Below, piece by piece: positions 9,970 to 19,950 of a DNA stretch of 64,000 nt; the first letter of the stretch is position 1, and the number at the start of each line of letters is the position of its first letter. Made by a program: the position numbers and the translations under genes. The DNA is from a virus. Location of the stretch: positions 112,946 through 176,945 of IMG/VR virus record IMGVR_UViG_3300044959_000131. One strand, 5' to 3'. The notes beneath the pieces are model-generated. The model was not told the DNA's origin, made no database searches, and worked only from the letters and a program-made list of their open reading frames with translations.

Positions 9970-10434
9970 ATGTACTATGAGATCACTCGCGGCCTACGAG
10001 TCGGTAAGAGTCTCACTCCCGCACAGCGTACTTCATCACTATTCGCTGAGGAGCCTGTAGTACTTGGTCGGGTTTTGAGGCGTGGAGCCGGTCCAATCCG
10101 TATCAGTCCAGAAGATTTCGAGCGCAACAAGGTTCAGCTCCTACGACTTGAACGAGCCGGGTCAATAATCATCAAACCTCCACAAGACAAACCACAGGAC
10201 AAAGACGTCTCGATCACAGAATCTGTTGGTTTGGAGTCTCCAAAAATCACACAGGCTGATAATTCTTCTACAGGTACAGAACCTACAGCTGATGAGACAA
10301 TGAAGGCCACTGAAATACAACAGACCGAGTCCATCATCTCTGAAGAGCCACCTGCTACGACTGCTGTGGAAGACACCAAACCTGATACTACGTCGGTAGA
10401 CGAACAGCCTCGAAAGAAGAAGCGGAAGGAATGA
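9970..10434 (+). CDS. Hypothetical protein (folded N-terminus, T/E/S-rich tail)
   Basis: Co-oriented ORF filling the operon, coupled to the next gene. Confidence 0.6.
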   Translation: MYYEITRGLRVGKSLTPAQRTSSLFAEEPVVLGRVLRRGAGPIRISPEDFERNKVQLLRLERAGSIIIKPPQDKPQDKDVSITESVGLESPKITQADNSSTGTEPTADETMKATEIQQTESIISEEPPATTAVEDTKPDTTSVDEQPRKKKRKE

Positions 10435-10796
10435 TGATGAAGGTTTTCAATCTCACCGACCAAATAGTGGACTACCGTGGGAAGGTGATTCCGCCATACG
10501 GGTCGGAAGAGTACGACATCACATTCATCCCGGACCGCGACAGAGCATTGGAGAAGAACGGCATCCTCTCATTTGGCGCCCTTCCAAAATGGTGGAGAAA
10601 GCCAGAACAGCATTCGCCTGTTAATACTGAACCATCGAACCAGATGGAAGTCAGTAAGGAAATACACAGTTCGACACAAGAGACAAACGAGGAAGTAAAA
10701 GAAGCTAGACTCGAAGTTATTGACGAAGTGAAGGTCGTGGAAAAGTCGTCAATTTCAAACGATGAAAAGAGCGCCTACAAAAAGAAGCGATTCTAA
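10431..10796 (+). CDS. Hypothetical protein
   Basis: ATGA overlap with the previous gene. Confidence 0.6.
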   Translation: MMMKVFNLTDQIVDYRGKVIPPYGSEEYDITFIPDRDRALEKNGILSFGALPKWWRKPEQHSPVNTEPSNQMEVSKEIHSSTQETNEEVKEARLEVIDEVKVVEKSSISNDEKSAYKKKRF

Positions 10797-10809
10797 CGAG
10801 AGATAGTCC

Positions 10810-11304
10810 ATGGCTGTCGATGTCAACGCATCCAATCTTCCGAATGCGGACCTCGAACTGAATGCCATGGTTGCCCAGGTTCGGGCGTTTCTCAGAGACT
10901 ACGCCGAGCTCAACCGTCTCATCGCTGGAGTCGAGAACTCAAACAGACAGATTGTGTGGGCCATCTTTGACGCTCTAGACGATTTCAACACGACTCCACC
11001 GTTCACGTTCTTCGGAATTTCGAACTTCCCATCCAAGAGTCTTCTCGTACGTGGAACGGTTATCAGTCTCCTTGAGTCTGTCGGCCTCTTACAAACTAGA
11101 AATCACCTCTCGTTCTCTGATGGTGGTCTACAGGTCGGCGTCAGCGATAAGACACCATTCATCCAGTCCTGGATTCAGCTCTTCAGGAACTCATACGAAG
11201 AGAAGAAGCTGCGGTTGAAGGTGGCCTACAATATTGAATCGGCTTGGGGTGGTGGGATTCACTCAGAGTACCGGTTCGTCAACAACTTCTACGGTGAGTG
11301 GTGA
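10810..11304 (+). CDS. Putative head-tail adaptor/neck protein
   Basis: 164 aa helical protein (AIFDALDDFNTTPP...FSDGGLQVGV) placed after the MCP as in large myoviruses. Confidence 0.55.
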   Translation: MAVDVNASNLPNADLELNAMVAQVRAFLRDYAELNRLIAGVENSNRQIVWAIFDALDDFNTTPPFTFFGISNFPSKSLLVRGTVISLLESVGLLQTRNHLSFSDGGLQVGVSDKTPFIQSWIQLFRNSYEEKKLRLKVAYNIESAWGGGIHSEYRFVNNFYGEW

Positions 11305-11307
11305 TAC

Positions 11308-11454
11308 ATGGCTGTTGCACTCAAAGTTCGCTCCTTTAAGAGCTACAACGACCTCACGTCCTTCGCTGCTGACCCCGCAAATAACGTCAATACGATCGTA
11401 TCGATTCAGCACGACGCGGTGAGTGGAGAATGGGTTCTGTTCTTCCTGAGCTAG
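11308..11454 (+). CDS. 48-aa hypothetical protein missing from the ORF track (MAVALKVRSF...WVLFFLS)
   Basis: ATG 11308 to TAG 11454 fills the intergenic gap. Confidence 0.5.
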   Translation: MAVALKVRSFKSYNDLTSFAADPANNVNTIVSIQHDAVSGEWVLFFLS

Positions 11455-11492
11455 TTCCGACACACAACATCTTCAGTTACTATTGGTGATGG

Positions 11493-12269
11493 ATGACCTA
11501 CTATCTTTCAAAGAATGCCTCTGTTAGTAAGCCTATGTCAGAGGCAGCGAAGCGAGTTGCTGAGTGGGTCAAGAAGAATCCACATCAGATTGCTGGTGCT
11601 GGTATTGGAGCAGCTCTCGCGGCACTTGGGACATATATCGTAAGTAGACCTGGTAAATCCGGCCGATCGATTGACCAAGGCGAGTCGAGCAAGCTCAAGC
11701 GACCAAAGAAGGACGAGACATTTGCCGAAGGTCTTGCTCGCATTTTTCACAATACGAGAACAGAAATAGCAGATCTTGCTGCTAAGCATCCAGTGTCTAT
11801 GGCTCTCGCGTCTGTTCCAACCGGAGCGGCCCTTGGACGCGCTATTGCAACTAAGCTCAAAACTGGGTCTGCCATGTACAAGCTCGCATCTCCAGAAATC
11901 ATTGAACTTGTCAAGGAGTGGGGACGTGAGAGAGCAAGAAGGGAAACCTATACGCTGAACAGGATGTACGAGGCCACCGAGAAGTTGGCATTTGGAACGG
12001 ACATCGGTCATGCCATCGGTTCCCTCGGGAGGCACATTATTAGGACACCATCTGCTACAAGGGCCATTATCGGTGCAGGGATAGGAGCCGCAAAACACTA
12101 CTTGGTCGGTAATAATCAGGGTACGGCATCGCTTTTGGGTGATATGGCCCTTGGAGCAGGGGCTGGTCTAGGAGCACCACACGCCATAGGCTTGTTGAGT
12201 CGTATGAAGGGTGAAGGTTTTGGTGGCGCGATTGGCGAAGGTGTCCGTCGTGGTCTCGCTGGAAAGTAA
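11493..12269 (+). CDS. Glycine-zipper-rich putative internal/ejection protein
   Basis: Several GAGIGAA-type hydrophobic segments; YKLAS and EKLA motifs. Confidence 0.55.
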   Translation: MTYYLSKNASVSKPMSEAAKRVAEWVKKNPHQIAGAGIGAALAALGTYIVSRPGKSGRSIDQGESSKLKRPKKDETFAEGLARIFHNTRTEIADLAAKHPVSMALASVPTGAALGRAIATKLKTGSAMYKLASPEIIELVKEWGRERARRETYTLNRMYEATEKLAFGTDIGHAIGSLGRHIIRTPSATRAIIGAGIGAAKHYLVGNNQGTASLLGDMALGAGAGLGAPHAIGLLSRMKGEGFGGAIGEGVRRGLAGK

Positions 12270-12296
12270 TGAGCTCGCGCTACCTGTGGATTATCA

Positions 12297-14057
12297 ATGT
12301 CCAGGCGCCTGCCGATCGATGCACACCTCATCGGTTACTGGGGCTTCGACGAGGCCCTGGAGACAGATACTGCAATCGATGGAACAGGCAACTCACTCGA
12401 TCTGACAGTCAACGCTTCGAGTGGTACAGCTCCAGGTCGCGTTGGAAACTCTAGACTGTTTGATGGCGCATCATCGTATGCGTCAATCTCCAGCGCACTA
12501 CTCAGGTTGACTGGTGACCTGACGTTGATGGTATGGGCAAAGCTCAATTCCTACAACCCGTCAGGTACACAGCTTCGAGCACTCATATCATGTGGCGGTC
12601 CAACGACGGGTGATAATCTACTGTACGGTGTTGCAGTAACTCTCTCTGGGCAACTGACATACCGTCACACATCAGCGTCCGGAGAAGTCGTCGTCTCAAC
12701 GCCTCCGGGCACCATCAGGACGAATCAGTTCTATTTCATTGTGATTCGTCGAATCGCAAATGGACCGAACCAAGACATCGAAATCTACGTCGACAACGTT
12801 CTGAAGTCGACGACGGTTACTGTTGGTGGCTCACCGTCGTCGATGCCAGTTCCTCCACCGTTGCCAAATCCTTCGGCCATCTTCAGCGTTGGTCGTTCAC
12901 AGAGAGAACCAGATTTCGCATTTTGGCATGGGGCTGTCGACGAACTCTCCGTCCATGACGTTGCCCGCCCATACCATGCATACCTGATCGAGGCATACTA
13001 TCGAGCATCTATTCGATCAGAGACTACTAAGCTGACAACTACGAACACAGTCGTCGCTGTGTCTAGTTACGACATGGGAGCTGGAGTCAGGTGGTGGTGT
13101 ATCGAGAGAGACCAAGACCTCTACGTAGTCAAAGAGTCTCCATTCGGAAACTTTGGACCAGAGACCAGGCTCACGACGGTCGGTGGAGGCAACTCATCTC
13201 TCACTGGGTCTCCAGAGCTCATTTATGACGCTGCCAACGACACACTCTACGTATTCTTTGTATCTGGGAACCGAATCTACAAGCTGACGGCAAATTCGAC
13301 CGACGATCCGGCCACCGTCAACATGCCGTATACGGCAGACACCGGTAGCATCATCAAATCAGTCGATAATATCGATGGAGGTCGGTTAGGAGACTCGTCT
13401 ACTGGACAGAGAACTCCATTGGAGTCAGACTTTATCTACGTCAACAGGACTCCAATCAAACTCAGCCTAGCCGAGGCTGGAAACCTAGGAGACTCGAGCA
13501 CAGGAGGTTCCTATTCTTCAGTTGTTCAGGGGACTCCGAACGCACCGAATATCGAAATCATGACCTTGCCGACATATGGTCTTGGTCTGGTGATTGGTCC
13601 AAGAGACTCCGAGACCGGCGGCTATATGGCGTACCGTCTCGAAGGCGGAGTAGCAACAGCTCTCCCAAGTCCAATTCTGTTGCCCGATCATTCCAATAGG
13701 TACTTTGTCCCTTTGTCATCTCGACCGTACGGAATGGCCTATTACGCAGAGGCCCTAACCGTAGAAGGGAGACCGAGCGGAGTTTTCACCCCAGTCATCG
13801 TCGATTTTTTCAACGAGACCTTCGAATCTCCAACTGGAGTCATTCAGTACGGTCGAAACGGCTCTGGAACGGATAACGGAAGCCTTGGCGACTCGTCAAT
13901 TGGTGCTCGAGATATTCTCGTATCTGACTTCTCGTACGTAAACCGAGCTCCCCTCAAACTATCGACCCAAGACCCGAGCGTGGATCTTCTTGGCGATTCT
14001 TCGACCGGTCAAACGGCGATTGTGAATCAGGGCTCCATCACCGTGGTGGCACAATGA
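12297..14057 (+). CDS. Virion protein with N-terminal LamG/ConA-like domain and LGDSSTG repeats
   Basis: LIGYWGFDE...LTLMVWAK...IYVDN...FWHGAVDELSVHD is a LamG-like pattern; four LGDSS[TI]G motifs. Confidence 0.7.
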   Translation: MSRRLPIDAHLIGYWGFDEALETDTAIDGTGNSLDLTVNASSGTAPGRVGNSRLFDGASSYASISSALLRLTGDLTLMVWAKLNSYNPSGTQLRALISCGGPTTGDNLLYGVAVTLSGQLTYRHTSASGEVVVSTPPGTIRTNQFYFIVIRRIANGPNQDIEIYVDNVLKSTTVTVGGSPSSMPVPPPLPNPSAIFSVGRSQREPDFAFWHGAVDELSVHDVARPYHAYLIEAYYRASIRSETTKLTTTNTVVAVSSYDMGAGVRWWCIERDQDLYVVKESPFGNFGPETRLTTVGGGNSSLTGSPELIYDAANDTLYVFFVSGNRIYKLTANSTDDPATVNMPYTADTGSIIKSVDNIDGGRLGDSSTGQRTPLESDFIYVNRTPIKLSLAEAGNLGDSSTGGSYSSVVQGTPNAPNIEIMTLPTYGLGLVIGPRDSETGGYMAYRLEGGVATALPSPILLPDHSNRYFVPLSSRPYGMAYYAEALTVEGRPSGVFTPVIVDFFNETFESPTGVIQYGRNGSGTDNGSLGDSSIGARDILVSDFSYVNRAPLKLSTQDPSVDLLGDSSTGQTAIVNQGSITVVAQ

Positions 14058-14644
14058 ATCCATACAGAGTCGAACTTCTATCAGAAGAAGAGACCGAGAG
14101 ATTTCTGAAGATGATGGAAGGTCTTACCATATTTGGTAAGCATGTTCCGGATAAGCACCGTCGCATGCTGACAGCGGATGGATTCGAGCTCAAGGGTCAG
14201 TTCGAGCTCATCGCTCGTAATGTTGACTCTGGAGAAGTCGAGTGGCATCACAGCCAAGATAATCTCGTCACAGACCTCGGACGACACGCCTTCTGGGTCT
14301 CTGGATTCACAAACAACGCCATCGGTTTTCTCCCATCCAAAGAGACACCAGTACCGACAAGGCTGTCAATTTCTACGGACGCTTCGCAGAGCTTCTTGTC
14401 AGGAAGCCTGGGAAGTGGGTCGGTCACTCCGTCGACATATACAAAACAGTTTTCCACGACGTTCGGCGCTCCGACCGCGAACAGAACACTTGGCACGATT
14501 TACATCGCTGCACCAGGTACTCACGATCCCAACCTTGGGGCTTGGAGCATCAGGGCGTATGCTCTTCTGACGCCTCCAAAAACTCAAACGACGACCCAGA
14601 CACTTGAGGTCGTCTACAAAATTTCGATGAACCCGATCTACTGA
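14054..14644 (+). CDS. Putative tail/baseplate-associated structural protein
   Basis: QDNLVTDLGR...KTQTTTQTLEVVYKI resembles phage fibre-attachment domains; ATGA coupling. Confidence 0.45.
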   Translation: MNPYRVELLSEEETERFLKMMEGLTIFGKHVPDKHRRMLTADGFELKGQFELIARNVDSGEVEWHHSQDNLVTDLGRHAFWVSGFTNNAIGFLPSKETPVPTRLSISTDASQSFLSGSLGSGSVTPSTYTKQFSTTFGAPTANRTLGTIYIAAPGTHDPNLGAWSIRAYALLTPPKTQTTTQTLEVVYKISMNPIY

Positions 14645-14655
14645 GGGATTCTCTC

Positions 14656-17600
14656 ATGGCAATCAAAGACGTCATCGGCATTTTGACACTCAGAACACAG
14701 AATGGAGATGTTCTGCAAGATAGCAATCTCTCTTTTCGGATGCCTGCACTTTACAGGACCATCTATCGATGGAACAACAACTACGCTGGCGATGAGCCGT
14801 ATATTTATACGCAGCCATTCAAACAAGCCTATCTTCTTGAAGATGACGACATCACAGTCGGGCATGGTACTTTCGCTGGAACGAACTACCCCGTCTTCTT
14901 CACCAGCTCGATGTCGGCGTCTCAGATGACGACCTACGATCATCCACGATTCCGGAACACAAGGACTCTCGGAACCGTCCCGGCATCAGACATTCCAAGA
15001 GTCATCGGTTCCGTATCTGCGGCAAGTCGATATCCAGGTCAGGTAGGTGGGTGGGGAGCAGGAGATGAGACATTGTCAATCGTCGACATTCCAATCGATT
15101 ACACACAGATTGGCAATGTCTATATTCACCCTGCCTACCAAACAACAGATACCGTTTCTACAACTCTTGGTGCTAACTACGTCACCTACACGAACGGACA
15201 ATTTTGGGATGGAATCGCGGTTAGACCAGGCGGCTTCAACCTGGTCCGTATTGAAACGGGTGCGGACGCCGGTTTCTACTTCATTCAGCACAATGACCGG
15301 ACGAATAACAGGCTCTACCTTCGTTGTTTAGACGGTCGTAAGTTTTCCGCTCTCGCGACTGCATCCGGTCTGACGATGACTGCTTGCAGCGGACGTCGTG
15401 CCTGGTTCAACGAAACCAACATCATTCCTCTCTCGGTTGGAACGGTAGAAGCGGGTGGCAGATTCAATCCTCGAAAGGACGATGTAAACAATCGAAATAG
15501 TTTCATCCTGCGTGTGACCTTCGACAAAACAGGCTCGACTGAAGCGGCCGCAGGTACGGAACAGCAGGGGAGCTATTTTATCTCTCTCAGGCCATTTACT
15601 CACGGAAGTGGTAGTCTTCTAGATACACAGGCCAACAGAGATGAAGGGGGACCATCCAACAATTACCTTGTCGGGTTTAATCAAAACGATCCGAATCCAC
15701 AGTGGTTTACTCACTTTACCGGAGGGGTAAATGGCATAGACATCGACTGGGACAACCAGAGGGTTTGGTTCGGTTATACGGACGCTTCCAATCAATCAAG
15801 CATCGCCTTCTGGAGATACAAGACTTGCGAAGGTTTCCGTCATATCGCGTGCTATTTGGGGAACGCTAAGCAAGCGAACTTCGTAAACCCGCCAATCGTT
15901 CTTGGTCCGGGAGATGTCATTACGAATGTCGAGATGGGTAGCCGAACGGGTTCGGCCAAGAACTGGTGCTACATCACCATCTACCATGCGTCTGGTGGAA
16001 ACGCAGGCGTCGTCATCATCAAAGAGGGCCTGACGACTCTTCAGTATAGGGTTGCTGATGGCGTTCCGGCTTCGAAGCTAGCCGGTTCGGTAGTCGACAA
16101 AAGCCGAGCCCGTGAGTTCTCCAACATCACGACCACCGCCTCGACTAATGTCATTGTCGACAACGAAGGAGCTACGTTCACAGCAGCCGATATAGGAAGA
16201 GTCATCAAAATACACAGTGGTATCGACGCCGGTACTTACAAGATTGCAACCATCGTAAATTCAAACACAGTAACAGTCCAGACTCTGTCTGGCGGTACAG
16301 TGTCATTCAACGGCAGTTCTGGTGCGATGGCCGAAATCGGTGATCGTCTGTATCTGTTCTTCAACGATAACACGACCGGCGCCGGTAAGATTAACTACAT
16401 GGAGTCGATGGCTCCTGGGACGTTCTTGACCAGAACTGTCTCGATGACTAACGGTGCCAACATCAATACAAGAACAGCTGGTGGTGCTGGACTTCGCTAC
16501 GGACAGAAGAACTTGTGCTCAATCGATCGCGCGACAGGAGACGTGTACTGGCTCTCAAACGACGTACAACAACAAATCAACAAGTACGACGTCGCATCGA
16601 ACACACACTCGTTCTTGACGATTTCAGATATCCAAGCTCCGGCTGGAGGTAGCCCTGCAAATCCTGCTACGCCGACCATCTTCACAGCAATTCACGTCAA
16701 CACCAAGTTTGACCACATCTGGGTCGGTACGGATCAAGGACACGTTCGTCTTCTCAAGTCAAATTTTTCAGGAGCTACCGCAAAACGGTACTTCGGTAAC
16801 GATGCGACGACATACGAAAATCCAGTCGGTTTCAAACGAAGTGCTGGGTGGGAGACGTCAGGCGTCAACAACTACGTTCGCTCATATTGGGAACATGCCG
16901 ATGGAAGAATGAGTGCTGGTCTTTCAGCTCCAAACTCAGGTTTGTTTGACAAAGCTTGGTACTCACAAGAAGCAGATAACTGGTTTTTCAAAGGCGACTT
17001 CAGGGGTAATAGCACCAACGAAGTTCCAGCCGAGGTACATGATCCGTACGGTAATTTCTTGTATATCACACCACCCTTTATTAGCGGAGTTGGATCTCCA
17101 CGAGTAATGCTTGGGCAATACGAAGTTCAATACCAGTGGGACAACGCAAACTCGAAATGGATTCCTCGCGAAGTCATTCAAAAAGGCCTTCCAAACAAAT
17201 CTGTCTCAGATACTACAAATCCAGGCTGCCTAACGAGACCGATTCACTCAACCTTCGAGGATGTAGTTTTTGGAGTGAAGCTCCGTTTCAACCGTCAAGG
17301 AGGAGCAACTCCACCAAACAACGAGTTTCTTGGCAGGGCCGGACAAAGCAGAACAACGACATCTGACGGTTCAACAACAGCCTCGTCGGCTACGTTCGGA
17401 GGATCTGGATTCGTCATCGGCGACGTTGGAAAACTTCTCAGGATCGAGACTGGGGCAGATGCTGGTGTGTATCGAATCAGCGGATACACCTCATCCACCT
17501 CTGTAACACTTGTAAACCTCGATGGTTCTGCTTTTTCGGCGACGGCGTCTGCTTCTGGTCTGACTTATACCGTATGGGATCTCGGTACGCCCGGTTCGAA

Positions 17601-19947
17601 CGCAGGACCAGAGGACGTGACAATCCTACTTGCTGATGGGATCAGTAAGGACAATACACAAGACATTTCGGGCCTCACGTACGATGCGTTTGGATTCAAG
17701 AGCCGGTCTTACGAGGAGCAAGAAGGTCGTAAGTTCTGCGTCGAGACGCCCTTCCCAGTAGAAGGAACTACACAGGCACCAAAGGTCTACTTCGAGAAGT
17801 ATCCTCGTACTTCCAATCAGTACGAACCAGCGGTAAGCCACCACCGCGCTTTGCCCAGTACTGAGTACCCCAGTGGAGGTCACGTACTCGACTTCATGGT
17901 CGATAAGTTCCTCGACGGGACCGGTGCCAAGGCAACAATGGATTCTGGGGCCGACTGGTATAACTCATCCCCAAATACGACGCTCGGCTGGTCACTGATG
18001 GTCGATTTTGGGAAAGACATAGAGGTTGGTTTCGTACAAATCAGGTGGCGTGGAAGCGGTTCGGCTCCGTTTTCCATTACAAACTACACCTCTACATACC
18101 ATGGTTTGATTGCGAACCTCTACAAGGCAAACAATGCGGGAGGTTCTCCGTCCAACTCAAGCGTCGTCAGAACGAGCGGTTCGAATCTGGCAACAACGTC
18201 TGGATCGACGACTGTCTCCTTGACCTCAGGAGATTTCTTAGGTCCTCTGACCTCTGGACCGTTCACAAATGGTTCGATGGTCGCAGGGCAGAAGACGTTC
18301 TCTGCGCCACCTGGAACATTCTTTCAAAGTGACTTCATGAAAGTTCTGAAAGTCACAGCCGGGGCCGGCTCGGACATCGGTTCGTACAGAATCATTGGTG
18401 TGTCTTTGGACGGTTCTACAGTGACGATTCGGAACCTAGACCAGACTGATAAGCTCTGGGGAACGAGCGCTTCTGGCGTAACCTATGAAGTGCGAGATGC
18501 CGTTCGAGAAGAAGACTTGTTGAACGTTTCGGGTGCTCGGCTTTGTGTCGAGAGGCTTCTCACACCGACATCGGCACAGGTCCGTACGGCCCCATCGTTT
18601 ACAACCTCGAACGCCACGTGGTCAGCCGTCATCCCAACATGGGAGCATGTGAAGAGGCTCTCCTACAGCACCGAGGCCGAGCCTCCTGACGTCAAAAACA
18701 ATGGTACTTGGTCCTCGAATTACGGTCGAAACGATTACAGCCAACCGCGAGATTCGAAATCGTACATGGATCTCACGGACCTGCCACCATCAAGAAGAAC
18801 AGGTCGTTGGTGGAAATTTACTGCCATGCCAAGGTTTAATAGCCAACTTTTAGGCGGTTTATTATTCCACCTATGCTCATTCGAGTTCTATGACACAGCT
18901 GGAAACAAGTTGGGAACGAGCAGGTACGCTATGACAGACCAGGCTCGTACAAATCCCGACTTCTTCTACAGCTACCTGAGCAGAGTAGATTTTATTCAAG
19001 CCGCTCACGACGCTGCCGGTGGACCTTCCGCCGGTGTGAACGGGAACGGGAACCTTGGTGGAGTAAACGGAGATACCTTCACAACAGTAGGATCTCTTCC
19101 ATTCAGAGGATTCGGTGTCAAACGCCCACTATTCACCGACGGCGTTGCGACATCTCCAAATACGTTCTCGTCCGCTACGGCAAATTGGGTCAGCGCGGAT
19201 GTCGGTAGAATGATTCACATCTTGTCCGGCCCAAATGCCGGATACTACCGAATCGCGACGCTAGTATCATCGACAGCTGTTACGGTAACACGAATGTCTG
19301 GTGCACCAGTTTCGTTCACGAACGAATCAAACATCTCCTTCAGCGTGTACGAGGGCATCAATGCCGGGGGTGTGTACCCTGACAAGCTCTACTTCCCTGC
19401 TGATGGGAGGGAGTTCACCATCGCTTCAATCAGCGACGACATGCAGACAATCACGATCGCCGAAACGTTTCAGAAACCACGAACGGGCGTTCAGTGGGAG
19501 ATAAGGAGACCAGCTTACAATACTGCCTCTACGACGACAGATCCGTCCAAGACAGCTCGCCTTACGCTTCCTCAGTCGACGTATCCTGTGCAGAGCGGCG
19601 ATATCTGCCATGACAGCACTGGTCATCACCGATTCTTCTCCGAAGACATCGGTCAGGGATGGAGCCGTTCGACCGGATCGACTCCTGGAGGTTCAACATT
19701 TGTTGGTGGTAGTACCGAACCTGTTTTCCATCCAGACTCAGCAGGAAGGCTTCTGTACATTGATACTGGGCCGAATGTCGGAGTCTATGAGATTGCCTCT
19801 GTCATAGACCAATACACCGTCACGCTGGTGAATCATTACACAGGCGGTTCGGTCTCCTTAACACCAGATGCTGGACCGATCACTTTTCGAGTATATGGAG
19901 AGAGGCGATTCCGAATTACCAGATACGTAACTGGATTGAGGGCATGA
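14656..19947 (+). CDS. 1763-aa virion structural/fibre protein with six repeated small beta modules
   Basis: G/S/T-rich; recurring motif D[IV]Gxxl.I.[TS]G.[DN]AG.Y.I. Confidence 0.7.
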   Translation: MAIKDVIGILTLRTQNGDVLQDSNLSFRMPALYRTIYRWNNNYAGDEPYIYTQPFKQAYLLEDDDITVGHGTFAGTNYPVFFTSSMSASQMTTYDHPRFRNTRTLGTVPASDIPRVIGSVSAASRYPGQVGGWGAGDETLSIVDIPIDYTQIGNVYIHPAYQTTDTVSTTLGANYVTYTNGQFWDGIAVRPGGFNLVRIETGADAGFYFIQHNDRTNNRLYLRCLDGRKFSALATASGLTMTACSGRRAWFNETNIIPLSVGTVEAGGRFNPRKDDVNNRNSFILRVTFDKTGSTEAAAGTEQQGSYFISLRPFTHGSGSLLDTQANRDEGGPSNNYLVGFNQNDPNPQWFTHFTGGVNGIDIDWDNQRVWFGYTDASNQSSIAFWRYKTCEGFRHIACYLGNAKQANFVNPPIVLGPGDVITNVEMGSRTGSAKNWCYITIYHASGGNAGVVIIKEGLTTLQYRVADGVPASKLAGSVVDKSRAREFSNITTTASTNVIVDNEGATFTAADIGRVIKIHSGIDAGTYKIATIVNSNTVTVQTLSGGTVSFNGSSGAMAEIGDRLYLFFNDNTTGAGKINYMESMAPGTFLTRTVSMTNGANINTRTAGGAGLRYGQKNLCSIDRATGDVYWLSNDVQQQINKYDVASNTHSFLTISDIQAPAGGSPANPATPTIFTAIHVNTKFDHIWVGTDQGHVRLLKSNFSGATAKRYFGNDATTYENPVGFKRSAGWETSGVNNYVRSYWEHADGRMSAGLSAPNSGLFDKAWYSQEADNWFFKGDFRGNSTNEVPAEVHDPYGNFLYITPPFISGVGSPRVMLGQYEVQYQWDNANSKWIPREVIQKGLPNKSVSDTTNPGCLTRPIHSTFEDVVFGVKLRFNRQGGATPPNNEFLGRAGQSRTTTSDGSTTASSATFGGSGFVIGDVGKLLRIETGADAGVYRISGYTSSTSVTLVNLDGSAFSATASASGLTYTVWDLGTPGSNAGPEDVTILLADGISKDNTQDISGLTYDAFGFKSRSYEEQEGRKFCVETPFPVEGTTQAPKVYFEKYPRTSNQYEPAVSHHRALPSTEYPSGGHVLDFMVDKFLDGTGAKATMDSGADWYNSSPNTTLGWSLMVDFGKDIEVGFVQIRWRGSGSAPFSITNYTSTYHGLIANLYKANNAGGSPSNSSVVRTSGSNLATTSGSTTVSLTSGDFLGPLTSGPFTNGSMVAGQKTFSAPPGTFFQSDFMKVLKVTAGAGSDIGSYRIIGVSLDGSTVTIRNLDQTDKLWGTSASGVTYEVRDAVREEDLLNVSGARLCVERLLTPTSAQVRTAPSFTTSNATWSAVIPTWEHVKRLSYSTEAEPPDVKNNGTWSSNYGRNDYSQPRDSKSYMDLTDLPPSRRTGRWWKFTAMPRFNSQLLGGLLFHLCSFEFYDTAGNKLGTSRYAMTDQARTNPDFFYSYLSRVDFIQAAHDAAGGPSAGVNGNGNLGGVNGDTFTTVGSLPFRGFGVKRPLFTDGVATSPNTFSSATANWVSADVGRMIHILSGPNAGYYRIATLVSSTAVTVTRMSGAPVSFTNESNISFSVYEGINAGGVYPDKLYFPADGREFTIASISDDMQTITIAETFQKPRTGVQWEIRRPAYNTASTTTDPSKTARLTLPQSTYPVQSGDICHDSTGHHRFFSEDIGQGWSRSTGSTPGGSTFVGGSTEPVFHPDSAGRLLYIDTGPNVGVYEIASVIDQYTVTLVNHYTGGSVSLTPDAGPITFRVYGERRFRITRYVTGLRA

Positions 19948-19950
19948 TTC

